Shown here: positions 1-14,434 of the stretch, one piece after another
Layout of the letters: every line of letters starts with the position of its first letter
Position numbering within the stretch: position 1 is the first letter of the stretch
Notes under the pieces: model-generated
Databases searched by the model: none
The model's input: only the letters and a program-made list of their open reading frames with translations
Told to the model about the DNA's origin: nothing
Made by a program: the position numbers and the translations under genes
NCBI RefSeq assembly: GCF_000150275.1
Contig: NW_002060947.1
Span: 3,712,980-3,776,979, forward strand
Direction: 5' to 3'
Source: Trichoplax adhaerens
Taxonomy: Eukaryota > Animalia > Placozoa
DNA: 64,000 nt

Positions 1-1580
1 ATTAGCTTAATAATTGATTGCTAATCAGTATGTATTTCTATGATCAAATAACATATAACAGATTTTAAATAGCATCAAATCTTCAAAATACTTAAATTAC
101 AGCAGTAAATTTATTATAGACTTGATTTAATATAGATCTGCACCAATTTTGAACTTTTGAGCATATTACATAATTTTCACTCTATTACATCATCTTTGCA
201 AGAATAAAAGACCAACTAAAATTAGCTAATTAAAGGGATATCGCGAAATATTTTAGTAGTGCAACGATTCTGTAATACTATAAGCCATAATTAGCAGCGG
301 TACTATTGAATTTTGCAAAAGATACCGACACTGTATTGACTACTATGACTAATAATACTTAAAATAATACTTAAATATCGATTTAATATCGTTAGTTAAT
401 GTGCAGACGAGTTAACGAATAAGAACCATTTCTGCTTCTACATTTACTACACTCTATTCATTTATCATACTAGGGCGTTTTGAAGTTGATTTACTATTAA
501 TACCGATTCAATATCAATTATTAGTTTTGCATTGAAATTCGGATTTTGCAGGATAACCTTTTAATACTTTTGCTTTTGATATTTAACACTAATAAATAAA
601 TCATATTCTATTAATGCCATTTTTAATATTGAGTTTGTATCATTTGTAAGATAGGCATTGCCGTATCAAGGATCTAGTTGATAATTAATCGTTATATTGT
701 ACGGGTGTGAATATCGTATATGATAATATATAGCTGTATTAGATGTAGCTGCTATAATATTAACCATAATATACTAAACTTTCCAAATACTCGTATATAT
801 AAATACCGCTCAGCATTGCTACAGAGATGAAGTATAATTAAATCATGAGGACCTCGTAAAATATGACTATATAGATTAAATTATGGCTCTGATCGATTGT
901 TAAATGCCTGAATTTCTATGAACTTTAAACTTATTAAGTGAGACTGCTACTTCATGTCAGAAAATTGTCATTTGATTAGCATGAGAACATGATTTAGTTC
1001 AGTTGCAACCGACTCTAAGAATCACTGTGACTTATACGGACTAACGGTGGCAGGCATTCAGAGTTTAGTTTTAATTGCGGGGGTCAAACATTAAATTACC
1101 TAATGGATTGCATCTAAAGCGTACACTACTAGTTAAAAGTAGTCTTCCTCTATTCGTAACCAAATCATTTCGTATTTTCACTATTTATTTATTTCATGGT
1201 TAAATAGCATAATCTATAGAGGTGTTTATTATTTATATATTTAATCAATATGAACAAAAGTATGTTAAAGGGTTACTCTTATCCAAAAAATATACAGTAA
1301 ATACATGTACTGAAGTATAAATGTCGAATTACTGTAGGTCTCATGTGAGACTAATCTTACAGTTTAATAAATGCGACAATAAGAAATATTCTGTAGCAAT
1401 GCATACAACTTGTATAAAGTGAACATGAGCTGCAACGGAAATTATATATATGAGCCTAAAAATTCTTAATGGGCATTAATGCGGCATAAATCCCATATCG
1501 AGTTACTGTTTATCATAATGAGTTCGAAATCGAAATGTTTAGGAGTCATAAATAAATAAATAAAACATCTGTTAATGAAA

Positions 1581-4500
1581 CTATTCAGCTCCGGGTGCAT
1601 CCTCGTAACTATTACTATTGCTTATGCTACAACTATTATCGCCCTTAAATTGAAGTTGAGGTAATCCTGAATTCTGCCTAACACTTTCCTGGACATTGGA
1701 ACTATCACAATCTTGATTTATGGCTTGATTTTCTTCTTTCTTATTCACATTACCAATCTTGTCTGAGGCTTTAGCAGTTTCATGATCAGCCAATTGACAA
1801 GAAAAGTTAGTAGCATCACAAATTTTTGTGCTATCCACAAACTCAGCTGTGTCATACAAAGTTTTATCTAATATCAACTCGGTGTATTCAGCTGTTGTTT
1901 TATATACACTGCTTAAATACATCTCTAATTCCTCACTGTATTCAGATACGTTATCAGGGACTCTATAAAATCTTTCATCGTCATCGCAATTTACACAGTT
2001 ACTTTTATCCTCCACTTTCTGTAGAACTCCTGTTGCTGCTTCAGTTTTGTTATTACGATTACTCTCGTCATTGTCTAATTCAATTCGGAGATCATCTTTA
2101 AGAGAATTAGTTTCTGACTTATCTGTCAAATCCGCAGCCGTTACGGGTATACTAAAATCTAAAGAATCTTCGTCAGATTCTTTATTTTCATCCGGAATTA
2201 TAGTTAGAAAATCTGTCTTCTCATTACTATCATATAAGCTATCATCACTATTTTCTAACGATTCTTCTGTTGCGATAGTATCCATATAATCGTTACTACT
2301 ATGGATTTGATAGGCCTCGGGTGCCTCAGTTAGCTCTACTTCGTCCGGCATTTCACTGTATTCATTTGTTTTGGTAATATTCGTTATAGAAGTTGATTCA
2401 CTATTTTAAGAATGAAAAATTAGAATAAATAAACACTTGATCTTGGAAATGTAAATGCCGGTATGGAACCATCTATCAATAAGGTGATCTTTCGCAGTAC
2501 AAGGTAAATATGACAGATAATGCATAATTTTTATTCCGTGATAGTTTGCATAACCTTACTGCAGAGAAACATTAGAACATTCACTTTTATAAGTTAATAA
2601 ATCTCACCGATTTTGTTCATTATTTGAAGGCTTAACCTGCATTTTCGCTTTTATCTACAATGCACAAACAAATAAATAGTGTCTTAAATTAGCATAATGC
2701 TAATAACACTAAAGAACGATCAGTAAAACGTACATCTTTTTTTGCGTTATGTATTTCGTAGGACGTCAGGATTTTAGCATCGTGGCCTATGTAAAAAGGG
2801 TTTTATAGAATAAAACTGTCAAATGTGGCAGTAAAGTAACCTAAAGCAAATGATATCTGAAAAATCGCATGTATCAGAATCGATAAGCTTAAACCCATCA
2901 TTTATGTGGTTTGCAAATTTGCTTTACTGTGTTTACGTATAGAAGAGTTTCATTCATACTATGTTCAGAATACAAAATTTATAATATATACCGGTAACAT
3001 GGCATATATAAATAGTATATTTTATAGATATCACTGTTACTATTGCCTAAGTATGGCTTGTCAGCAGCTTCTGACATTAATTTTGGTTTTATATAAGAAA
3101 AGTGCGTAATTAAGTAAGGTCGTAGAGATGTTATTGGTTTTAATATTTTTTAAAATGTATGATTTATATAAAAAATACCGATGCTTTCGGTTTCTTCGTT
3201 TGCGACATCTTGCGTATTCATTTGGTTTACCACCACTTGCATATCATGATTAAGTTGTTGTACCTGATATTTATATATACGCGTATACAAACTTAGAAGC
3301 AATTCCGGATATCTTAAGCAGCTGTATTATTTATATGAACCTGTTCGCATAGGCGTTGAATTCGACGTCTCATTAATGAATTACGAGTTATATGCTTGAT
3401 AGTGTCGTTGGGAAGCTCCTGAAGTTAAATTTTATGTGATGTATAGGATAAGATTGTCAGACATTACTGCTTTTAAATAGAATCATGAGAGATAAACGAT
3501 ACAACGTAATTTTTCGGTGACTATTAGTTTACCTTCCGGGCTTGGTATCCTCGCCTGAACGTAATTAATTAATATATGAAATTTAAATTCAGATATGTAT
3601 CTAGAGAATCAATTGAATATTACAACACTAACCAATATTTCTGGATTGAAATCGCCGCTTGATTTCTTTTTTTGCGATCTTCAGTTGCTAATACAACTTG
3701 AAGTTTTCTCATCTTTCAGATTTAACAAGTTACGGGCATCAATACCTTTGCACTTAAATTTATTTTTACGATATTCGTATTCGATATACATATGTAATTG
3801 TATTACAGGATGTAAGAAATTGCCATTAGTTTATTTTCTTTCAAGCATTTTTTAATACGAAAGTTAACCTGGTCTTTCAGTTCTTTAACTTCTTCTTCTA
3901 AACTTTTCTCCTGCACTTCATGACTTCGAAGTTGGACTATAAGGCTATCACAGTGGGCATATGTAAGCAATTATTTTATAGCAGAGCAACGGTAAAAATC
4001 GTCTACACAACTTAAGAACAAACATGCCACTAATATCTGTGTTTACCTGTTGTTCGATTTTTGCAAACGTAACGTGGTATCTTCTAAACGTCTCATTCTC
4101 AGTTCCTTTAGATTATGCTGTACAAATCTATTATGTTGCCTGGTGTGATAACCGCGCCTTTCAATAATTATAATGATATATTGGTAAGACATCCTTTGTT
4201 ACTTGTACGTTTAGTAGCTATGATAATGTTGACTCTTACACAAAACCTACCAATAACTTTGTATTTTAATAGCGGATTTATGTTGATGTAAAAGGCTCAA
4301 GTATCGCTTTCGCTGAGTAAAACCTTTAATTTTTGCTTGAATCACGGTAGCCGCGTGATCCTTGCTCGTAACAAATTTTGAATACGAAAATGACGATGCT
4401 TCAGTTTTAGGTTGTAATTTATCAATTGTGTTTTCTAATTCAAGTTCCGATTGAAATACTGCTGTCTTGGGCTTTGTAGCTACACTTGTAAGTCCCAATA

Positions 4501-7500
4501 TATTAGTATCTTCAGCACTGCTTGGTGAGGGTTCCAACGATGAAGAAATTACATCTTGGTTTATTACATCCGTTTCTATGCTGGTCAGATCAACATTATG
4601 AATTTCAGTACTTCGATTTACTGATTTTGATACAACTCTTGCACCATGGTTTTCATCTCGCTTGATTGATTCTTTATCAGTATTACGATCTTGGCTTTCT
4701 TTCATTTTATCTTCTGCATCGAAATGAATACGTTAATGGTAATATAATCTGTGAGTTCAGTAAATCAAGCGCGAAATGTAAATTTAAATAAAGATCGTTG
4801 TCCTAATACACTAAAAGAATATACTACCATGATCTACAGCATCATGTATTAACACGAAGTACGCTCGATAAAATTAGTATACTGATGGAAATAATTACCA
4901 GCAGATTCTACATTTAGAACATAATCTTCAGATAAAGGGACATAAACGGAGGTAGATGAAAGGAGTCCATCCTCATGTTGAACTCCAGAAGATCCTAAAG
5001 CTTTAGTACAGTTGATCAAGCAAATTACATTCTTGAAAGTATTGGATGATATGAGCATAGTCATAAGACTTTGTACGCAAATTTGTATTACGGTATTCGA
5101 AATCTGGACAACTGAAAGTATTAATCGTATACTCTATAAAATGTTTTAAACAGCGTGAATAGCTTTCGAATTGTCTATTTTGTCATGACGGCCATACAAA
5201 CAGGTAAATACAGGTTCACACGAATAAATACGGTAGATGGCGTACAAGTATTTAAGTAAAGTACGAATTTAGCTAGCTTGTATGTACAGTATGTATGTAG
5301 CGAATCAGATTATACTATGATCATAGTGACATATTCATATTCTTACAAGACGAATCATTCGTTACCACGGAAGAATTACCAGGGTAGATTGGTTTCGTTT
5401 TAGCGTTTACACTCTTTGGTCTTTTACAACTAAACGTTGGGATAAGTGTATAAATTATGCAGAGTACATTTATGTATAGCACTGGGTAAAAAGTATTTGC
5501 TTAGCTTAAAAATTTCAAGAGATTCAATCAACGCATACCTAGCATCGTTTTCTCTGCTCTCTGCTACATTGATCTCATCATGCATACGTATAGAATCTAA
5601 AAATAAGGTAATTTATAAGTTCTACCGCCAAAGTAAAATATTAAAATATCTAAATCAAACGAGAATCTAAAATTGAAAGAATATATAATGCTCAGCAACA
5701 TAACTGTAAAATAAAAGTATTACCAGTACTGGATAAAATAGATTGATTAACGGATGTATCCGTTGTATCAAACTGAGCAAGCTGTAATCCCAAATAAGCA
5801 ATTAATCTTTGATGCAGGTGCTGAAGCTGCTCTTGTCGTTGCAGTAATTCTTTTTGATGCGACAGCTGTTGCTTTAGGAGTTGATTATGAAAAAATTGAA
5901 GCTGATTTTTCCATTGCGGTTGTGATTTTTGAGAGGAAACACTACTCCTTATATGTTGCCATAACTGTTGTTGATCTGCTAATTGTTGCTCGTATAATTT
6001 CTTTAGTTGTATTCTTTGTTGCTCAATTAATATTTGATGCCTTCCTTGTAGCTCCTGCAACTGCTGGTTACTACTAATACTACTTATTGTATCATTTGGC
6101 GTAAAGTTTGGTGTAGTAGTAGAATCTGATGGAACTAACGGACTACTACTTCTACTATCTTTGTCATGGTCTTCATTAATCTGTAGATGAAAACCAAGAT
6201 TTTCAGTTCTAGCAGCAATATTTTGTACTTTGAAATTAAGCCATCATCACCTGTGATTTGTTGGCGGCATATTTAGAATATATCCAACGTAAGTACTGAA
6301 CCAATTCGGACTTTTGACATAAAAGAATTTCTCTTCGTTCTCCTTCCATAAATTGCGCTAACATCCTATTGAAATTTAAGCGATATTACCTAACCTTAGG
6401 TAAAGACTTTTAAATTTTGAAAGAGAAATCAGTAGATAGTCGTATGATTTACTTGTCTTCCTCAGTGACTACTTCATCATCCAGATATTCTATATTGTCA
6501 AAAAAACTAATTGCAAAGGCTCTATAGATTGAGTAGCTAATTAAATTAAAACAAGCAGTTCGGTTAAGTAAAATAAGGTTATATTTCGTGTCATGAAATG
6601 CCAATGTTGCGCTAGATTTTGTTGTATGAAAGGATACAGCTGCTTATCTTTAGTTAACATAAATGGGTTGTTATTGATATACAGTTGTTGTAAACCTGGT
6701 AAGTGGTACAAGTATGCTATCTATAGTGTAAATGAGTCAAAATGAAAAATAATCAAATCAGTTAAGAATAATTATCGCGGACATAATTATTGCAATTAAC
6801 TTTTTAATACCTCTCTAAGATCACTAATATAATTGTCATTAATAGCAAAAGCTTGCAGTTGCGGTGGTAGATGTATTGAAACTCTAATAATAAAAGGCAA
6901 TTATAATACGATATTAAATACTTCTTAAAATTTGAATCTTCCACTGGGATAATTTTATGGCATGCTGTCTTGTGATAACCAATTATAACAGTATACCAAA
7001 GGTGTAATAACGGATGTTTTAGATGTTATTAACCTAAAACTATTTAAGGATATTAAAATTACATGAACTCACTTAGAAAGTGAGGATATTCTATTTCCTT
7101 GCAAGAAAAGAACCTAATTCCGATAAACAATGTATTGAATAAGTTTAGTAATTTCATACTGGAAAGATGGCATGAATAAGTTGATATCGTGTTTTATGGT
7201 TCAATTCCGAGAAATTAGGCGTCAATTTTTATTAGTCCATACTGATGATAATGTACTCTAACGGTCACTAATTAATAGGATAATCTATGTTATCGATACC
7301 TTTAGAAACTCTAACTTCGATAAATTCGGCAGTTCTTCAATGCTATATTGATATAAGACAGATAATTTTGTTAAAATGGAGAATTTATGATGGTAGGATT
7401 ACTGTACTTTAAAATACACATGTTACAATAAATACTTACTCATTTTGAGATAAATCGATATAACGTAGATTCTTATTCAGGAACAGATTATTTACATTCT

Positions 7501-9033
7501 AGGCAGGGATATAATGATGCAAAAACATTTAGTTATTTTCATGTAAAACAGTTAATTGCAAGTGCACAATGTTAGTCAACATGGAATGTTGACTTATGTA
7601 TAAATCATCAAGCTACCGTGGATTGTAATTTCATATGAATTAAGACTGAGGTTCCGCATGCAATTGTTTAGCTATTTCTATAATTTTCACGGTTTAATAC
7701 GCTAGCAAGCTAGCATAGTAAACTGCACTGCTTGTAATAATTAAAGTGGGCATTGCGAAGTGGCTATATACTATAGTTCCTAAACCATGCTGTTGCACTC
7801 AAATGATACTATTTGTAGATAATCAGAAGGAAAAACTATAAATTGATGTCTTGCAGTTTCTACGTAATCAGATCATACTGAATGGCTTGCTTGTACTAAA
7901 TACCACACTACAATTTCATCAAGCTTATAGCCAATACTGTAGTGGTAAAGATTATAGCAATAACAAATGTTGTGCTAATTTAGTTTTATAAAGTTATATA
8001 ATCCCATGTTAATTCAGGGCGGATAGGGATATTGCAACTTTTAGCTGGAATATTGTACACTGGAGCTAAATTATTCTCTACTGACAGGAGTGTAGTGCTG
8101 TATAGTACATTAACTTCTATCACAAATACAGGCAGTGCACCCTATCAACTGTATCTGTATCTGAAAGGCACGGATTAACTATAAATTGTCATAATTAAAT
8201 AATTATTCCTTAAAGTAGCGTAGACTATAAGAGAAGCACCTAAACTATTTTACTGCATGCAACAGTAGCAACAGAAATAACATGAAAAGTTGATACCATT
8301 ACGATAGCAATTTAAAATACTCGTATAGACTACTGTATACAACTGAAATTTTTAATAATTGCATGAACAAATTTTACATCCACTCAGATTCTACTAAATC
8401 GATATAGTCCATACTAAGTAAGGATAATTAATAATTTACCGTTAAATTATTATTGGATAGGTTCAAATATTCCAATTCAGTTAAGCCTTCCAGACCTATA
8501 GAAGTAAGTAGAAGAGAATATTAATTTTAGCTGTACTGTAGTCAGTTTATCAAGACTAAGGAAATTTATGGGTGTATGTTATGGAAGTTTTTAAACTTAC
8601 CGTTAATTCGAAAGATGCTGTTGTTATGTAAATCTAGATAGCGTAATTGAACGTGCAATTCTATCCCGGATAATTTAACTAATCGATTTGAAGCTACAGA
8701 TAATTTTCTCAGATTGATGATAGGATGTAAACTCTCTAGCGTAGACAACTGGTTGTTGTCGAGCTTCAAAGTATCAATACTGATTTCATTTTCAATATGA
8801 AGGTGCATCCATCCTTGAGCTAAAAAAGCCATTATTAATATATTAATTCATTCATTATTCATTGCAGTTTCAACTGTCAATGACATAGTACAGTGCTAGG
8901 ATATGGTGTAACTTATTGCCTATAAATGTAAAAGTTATCCCAAAATCATACAAGATAAATCGGCCACGTTTTCCTCATTATCGTCCATATCGTCAAGACC
9001 ATCGAAGAGTTCAGCTGGCAGTACCTCCGCCAT
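1581..9033 (-). CDS. CEP97: Centrosomal protein of 97 kDa (LRR + IQ + coiled coil), multi-exon
   Basis: The ATG at 9033 gives MAEVLPAELFDGLDDMDDNEENVADLS/SQGWMHL...IDTLKLDNNQL...LSVASNRLVKLSGI...LDLHNNSI. Further LRR exons follow, ending LQQLYINNNPF...YRAFAISFFDNIEYLD. Downstream are a LLSSTSVYVPL motif and the IQ region AIKIQSYW/RGYHTRQHN...ELRMRRLED. These follow my recollection of human CEP97 (LSVANNRLVRM, LSIMNNPC, LLSSESTFMPV, KLQACWRGFYARNYN...EIRLRRMQE). A long acidic terminal exon (ORF 1581-2351) ends at TAG 1581. The small exons at 2.4-3.9 kb are less certain. Confidence 0.82.
6537..6637 (-). other. U12-type (minor spliceosome) GT-AG intron in CEP97
   Basis: The donor reads CT|GTATCCTTTC, the U12 5' consensus. 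A branch-like TTACTTAACC lies at 6571-6562 and the acceptor is TTAG|C. Splicing restores the frame (KDKQL YSIYRAF). Confidence 0.8.
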
Positions 9034-9404
9034 CTTCCCAATGTTGTTGTTGTTGTTCGTAATTTCGAGTTCAATCTTATGATTTCACCTTGGATCTATT
9101 TTTCAAATGGAGAAAAATGGACACTTTTAATGGCTAAAATGCTGAGTAAGGGCTAAAAATCGAGGTGAATTCGAGTTTATAGGCCGCTAAAACTAAGAAA
9201 TTGAACGGATAAAATCAGCGAACAGAGAGCAGATTGTCCAAATATTATAGCGCTGTGATTGATATAAAAACACGACAGCTGAGATGACTTCACCTCTGAC
9301 TTCTCTCGAGCAGGTTGACGCTTTGATAGTGACATGTCAGTCAAGTAGTATGACGCTCTTGCCGGTGTCAGCGTGCATACCAATCCACTGAGTCAAGAGG
9401 GTGA

Positions 9405-10125
9405 ACTGTACAGTGTACAGTACAGCGACCTCTGACTTTGTGGCGCGACAGTGGATTATTTGAAGTTTTTACCGTGTACAGTACCAACGCTACAGTGCGC
9501 TCATTGTACAGTACTGTACTGTACGGTACAGTGTATAGTGTACAGTACACTGTACACTACAGCCAGATTAAATTGGCTAGAACAACAGAAAAATAAAATA
9601 GTGTGCGCAAAATTTATGCCTAAATTGAGTAAAATTATTATAAGAGTGTGGCTTCATAACTCCAATTTCATCATCATAATCATGTTCTACAGTTATCCTA
9701 CTGGTACATCTCAATAGAATTATTAGCAAATCATAACTTTAGTTGTTCACCCCGATTTTGCCCGTGGAAATTTATCTCGCTGCACAGTGTGCTGAAAGAA
9801 TGGCTTCTTTCAGTCAAAAGCATACTATGTCTCTATCCATTACCAATTTCTATACAGTACTATCACAGCTTTAGCGAAAACACACGTATGTATAGTACAG
9901 TACAGTACAGTACAGTAACGTACAGTACTGTACTGTACATACAGTACTGTACACTGTACAGTACGTGAGTGACATGACTGCATGCACTACAGTACAGTAC
10001 AGTACTGAATACAGTATATTGTACTGTACACTGTACTGCACAGTGTACAGTACAGTACAGTACAGTCACTCCATATTAGCCATATTGTACTGTAGTGTAG
10101 CCCCTTTACGGTACACTGTACACTC
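9405..10125. repeat. (GTACW)n degenerate pentamer arrays in the CEP97/CDC40 divergent promoter
   Basis: Dense TACAG/CTGTA/GTACAC runs at ~9405-9560 and ~9850-10125, e.g. tagtacagtacagtacagtacagtaacgtacagtactgtactgtac. Confidence 0.9.
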
Positions 10126-10179
10126 CGGTATACACTCAGTTCCTGCTAGCCGCTGGCCGCCTCTGCAACGCCGCCGAAA

Positions 10180-13100
10180 ATGGATGATATTGTGAATGCT
10201 TATGATAGCAGTAGCGACAGTAGTCATGATGGAGAAAGCTCAATAACCACGAGCAATGTCGACTTTCAAACTCTTAAAGAAAAATTCAATTTAAATAGTA
10301 CACCACAAATTTTAATTAAGGTATGTCATGGAGATCTTGGATAGAGTTTTGACCATGTGTAGTATGCAATAAGAAGAGGTTATCACGTAAAACAGAGTTG
10401 ATATTGGATCAACTCAATGATGATAGATAAAAATAGGAGCTAATCCAATGGTCATCTCATTGGAACTGGAGTCTAACCTCGACATAACCAGCTATTGATT
10501 ACCTCATGCAATAACTAATATTCCTTTTATTTGTATAATAGGAAAGTGTAAATATTAGTCGAAAGATCGATAGCCACGCAAAAGAAGTCAGCTATAATCC
10601 TAAATATGAGGAACTGTTTCAACCGGAGGTAAATAAGTAGAAAAATCGTAATGGAATAATGTGTATTTGCGCATGTAACAGCACTGCTAACCCATGCTGG
10701 ATAGTTAGCTAGATATACTTATTACTTACTACAGTATAGATGATCAATTGCGTGCATATGTAACAATGTATGAACGACACAGCGTCGTCAAGTAGTATTC
10801 AAAGGAGCTATTCTTTTGCACTATACATTTACATATTGTCAAACTGACCTAAAAAAAATACGCTTGACATACTCTATTTCTAACCTTTGCATTGGAGTCT
10901 GACATGGCCTGCTTATACTTTTTTATTCATTACATTACATGTATGACTAACAATACATAGACTACAAAGTTATTTCCTAGTATATTTAACTACACACTGT
11001 AAATGAGTTTGATGTAAGAACATTTTGAAAATATTACAGTACTGTAATTCTATAGCAAAGTTGCTTTGTGGTATACACAATAAAGGAATTTAATATGAGG
11101 GTTATTACAAATGATAAATCCATGTGCACTGTAAATATTGCCAGCATTCTACTGTAATGTTCTATCTATCAATTCTTAAACCAATACTTAATTGTATATG
11201 AAACCGCATCGATGAGCTTAGGTTGGACCTCTAAATCCTTTCAAAACCAAGCAGCAAGCGGCACCAAAAAATACACTCTCAGGTGTGAACTTCAAGATAA
11301 TTCTTCTATAAAGTGACCAAGTAACTCTTTATACAACACATTTTAGTTTAATGTATGTAAATTTTACTACCTTTTAGGCTATGTAGAAGATAGTCATTTC
11401 AATGATTTCCAGTTTGAAAATCAAAGAAGGACATTTTCTACCCACGGTAATAAATATACCCTAAACCAGTTATTTTTTATTACTAATAGTGAAATTTACT
11501 ATTATTATAGGTGAATGGTTAACTGTCCTAATCTATTGCTTATTTATTATTTACATTAAATGCAGGTTACGCGTTAGACCCTTCTGTTGGTAATAGCAAT
11601 TCTTCTGGAAATAAGTTCGTACTATCTGCAATAATGATTGAATTAATTCAAACAATCTCAAAGGTCTTTACTTATGTGCTCTTTGAATTACATTAACTTA
11701 TCTACGATCCTTAATTAGCATTATCGGCGATATCGATATGGCCAGTCAATTAGACGGTAATGAAAGTTTAATTCATGTATTTTTTCAAATTGGATTCTCT
11801 TCCATTTTTAATTTAAAGATTAAACTCGATATGAACTGAAAGTTTAATCAATCTTTAATGTGTAGGAAGGACAGTTTTTGAATCTGGTAAGAGATTCGGA
11901 ATTGAGAAAAGAAAGCGTGGCGAACGAGGAGATCCATCGGATATTGATTGTTATAAAGGTCTGAATCTTAGCTGATAAACCACTATACGCACTGTTATGC
12001 CATTGTAAATACTGTACTTTACTAATATTGTAAGAGTACGAATCTATAGGATGCTTTTTTAGTTAGATTACGTAACTTTGTATACATACTATAGGTCCTT
12101 GGGCAGGCTATGTTGATGAGAATAAAATTGCAAAACCTACAGAGGTGAGTTATGCTGCTTTATCTTAAGAAATTGGTTGTCACAATGCGATCGCGTAAAC
12201 GTTAAGGAAAATTTGCGTACATCTTTTGAATCAATGTAGGAAGAGCAGGCTGTACTTGATGATTGGAAAACAGTAACAAGCAAGAAAAAGAAGGAAGAGA
12301 CTGTTGTCGATGAAAGAAGCACACTTCACAGTACGGCATCTATATATGTATTGCCTTTGATAACGAATCTAAGAAATTAGGATGCTTTACTATAATGTAA
12401 TCGGGTTAATACTAATAGCTGACTTTGCTCCCGCAGTAAAAGATGCATTGGATTATCAAGGGCGATCTTTCCTGCATCCTCCTCAAGATATGGGAGTTAG
12501 ACTCAACTCCGAAGAACCACCGGAAAAATGCTTTTTACCGAAGAAGCATATTCATACTTGGTAATATACACGTATATACTTAGAATAATGTATCTCTTTA
12601 AAAGGTCCGGTAAATAAGTATTTGTTACACGCTGATTAGTCTAACACGCGTACTCCTTCTTATCAATGGCGCAGGACTGGTCATACAAAAGGCGTATCTG
12701 CTATTCGTTTATTCCCACTTTCAGGTCATCTGCTTCTGTCCTGTAGTATGGACAGTAAAATTAAGGTCTGTTATGCTTTTGGGATAGATATTGTATGATA
12801 GTAAAAGATAATGAAAAATTTATTATTAATAATAGCTATGGGAAGTATACGGCAATCGAAGATGCATTCGTACTTACCTAGGTATACTTCGAAAGAATAG
12901 ATTTTACAATGTATAAAATATTTTCATTTATAAAAATTTTTATTTAAAACCGCTTTCAATTTATGCCTTCGTAGGACATGACAAAGCTGTTAGGGATATC
13001 TGCTTTAATAATGATGGCACTGAATTTTTAAGTGCAGCCTATGATCGTTATATAAAGCTATGGGATACAGAAACTGGTAGGCTGCTCTATATTATTGTTG

Positions 13101-14434
13101 TTAACTAGCTTGATATTCGATCACGTTATATTTCGTACATACTATTTTAGGTCAATGTAAAGGCAAATTTACTAACAAAAGGATTCCTTACTGTGTCAAA
13201 TTTAATCCGGAAGAGGTAATGCATATCGAAGTGTTTCTTAAAACAATTGCAATCACGATTTTGAAATGGCTGTCCATCATTCTATGTAGGATAAACAACA
13301 TTTATTCATAGCTGGATTAGCAGATAAAAAAATTGTTACGGTATGTATTGGATCTTTCGATGTAGCTTAACTCTTGTATTATTTCGAGCAAGCATTGCCT
13401 TCTAGCTTGACGTCGGCTTACATTTTATATAGTGGGATATGAGAGCTAATGAAATTGTGCAAGAATATGATAGGTAATCTAACATCTTGTTATCTTACAC
13501 TGGCTATTGATTTATAAATCTGAGACAATTTAAATTTATCAATCAACTTTAGGCATCTTGGTGCTGTTAATACCGTAACATTTATAGATGACAATAGACG
13601 ATTTGTGAGTACTTCAGACGACAAGAGTTTACGTGTCTGGGAATGGTATGTATCACTTTAAATACATTCTTGTCATCGTCATCGATGCTGCAGTACATTA
13701 TTACTGAGCGCTTTCCTTCCATAACAGGGATATTCCAGTAGATTCGAAATATATTGCTGATCCTTCCATGCATTCTGTACCAGCTGTAACTCTTTCACCT
13801 AATCGTATGTAGACCTAATTTTATTTTATTAAGTGAAATTAGTTATTAAAGTCATAATTCTAGCATAGATTTTATTTTATTTTAAAGTTAAGATTTTTAA
13901 CTATTCGTTTCGCACCAGAAAAATGGCTAGCTTGCCAATCTATGGATAATCAGATACTGATATATAACGCGCTAAGTAAGATGAGAATGAACCGAAAGAA
14001 AGTATTTAAAGGTCACATGGTTGCTGGATATGCATGCCAAGTTAATTTTTCACCAGATGGAAGGTAAGCTACAATAGAATACCTACTCATATATAGTATG
14101 CACCTAAGTTACGAATTGGTAATTCATAGATAGTCACAATTGAACGCGTATTGCTAACATATTTTTCTTATTTTGTTTCTAGTTACGTGATATCTGGAGA
14201 CGCAGACGGCAAGTTATTCATTTGGGATTGGAAATCAACGAAAGTATATAGGTTAGATTCACATAAAGTACTGTGATTTTAATTTATTATTTCTCAAAAT
14301 AATAATTATCAATTTTTTATATTAGTAAATTTAAGGCTCATGATCAAGTATGTATCGGATGCTGTTGGCTACCTCATGAAACATCGAAAGTGATTACATG
14401 TGGTTGGGATGGATTAATAAAGTTATGGGATTAG
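10180..14434 (+). CDS. CDC40: Pre-mRNA-processing factor 17 (WD40 second-step splicing factor), multi-exon
   Basis: The spliced product reads [14 protein letters not shown]..., [21 protein letters not shown] (conserved Gly-Pro, the PPIL1 target), [87 protein letters not shown]. It ends [19 protein letters not shown] (TAG at 14434). Confidence 0.96.

Noticed and set aside
1826-2289. Plus-strand ORFs over the CEP97 last exon (also 5754-6077)
   Set aside because: They are antisense shadows of real coding exons.
9368-10195. ORFs rich in YCTVLYSTVQ (also 16956, 23006, 23751, 28182, 60809-61170, 63551, 63794)
   Set aside because: They are translations of the stop-poor (GTACW)n repeat and have no protein-like content.
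10395-10470. ATGATGA plus small hairpins in CDC40 intron 1 as a snoRNA
   Set aside because: No box D (CTGA) or terminal stem was found downstream.
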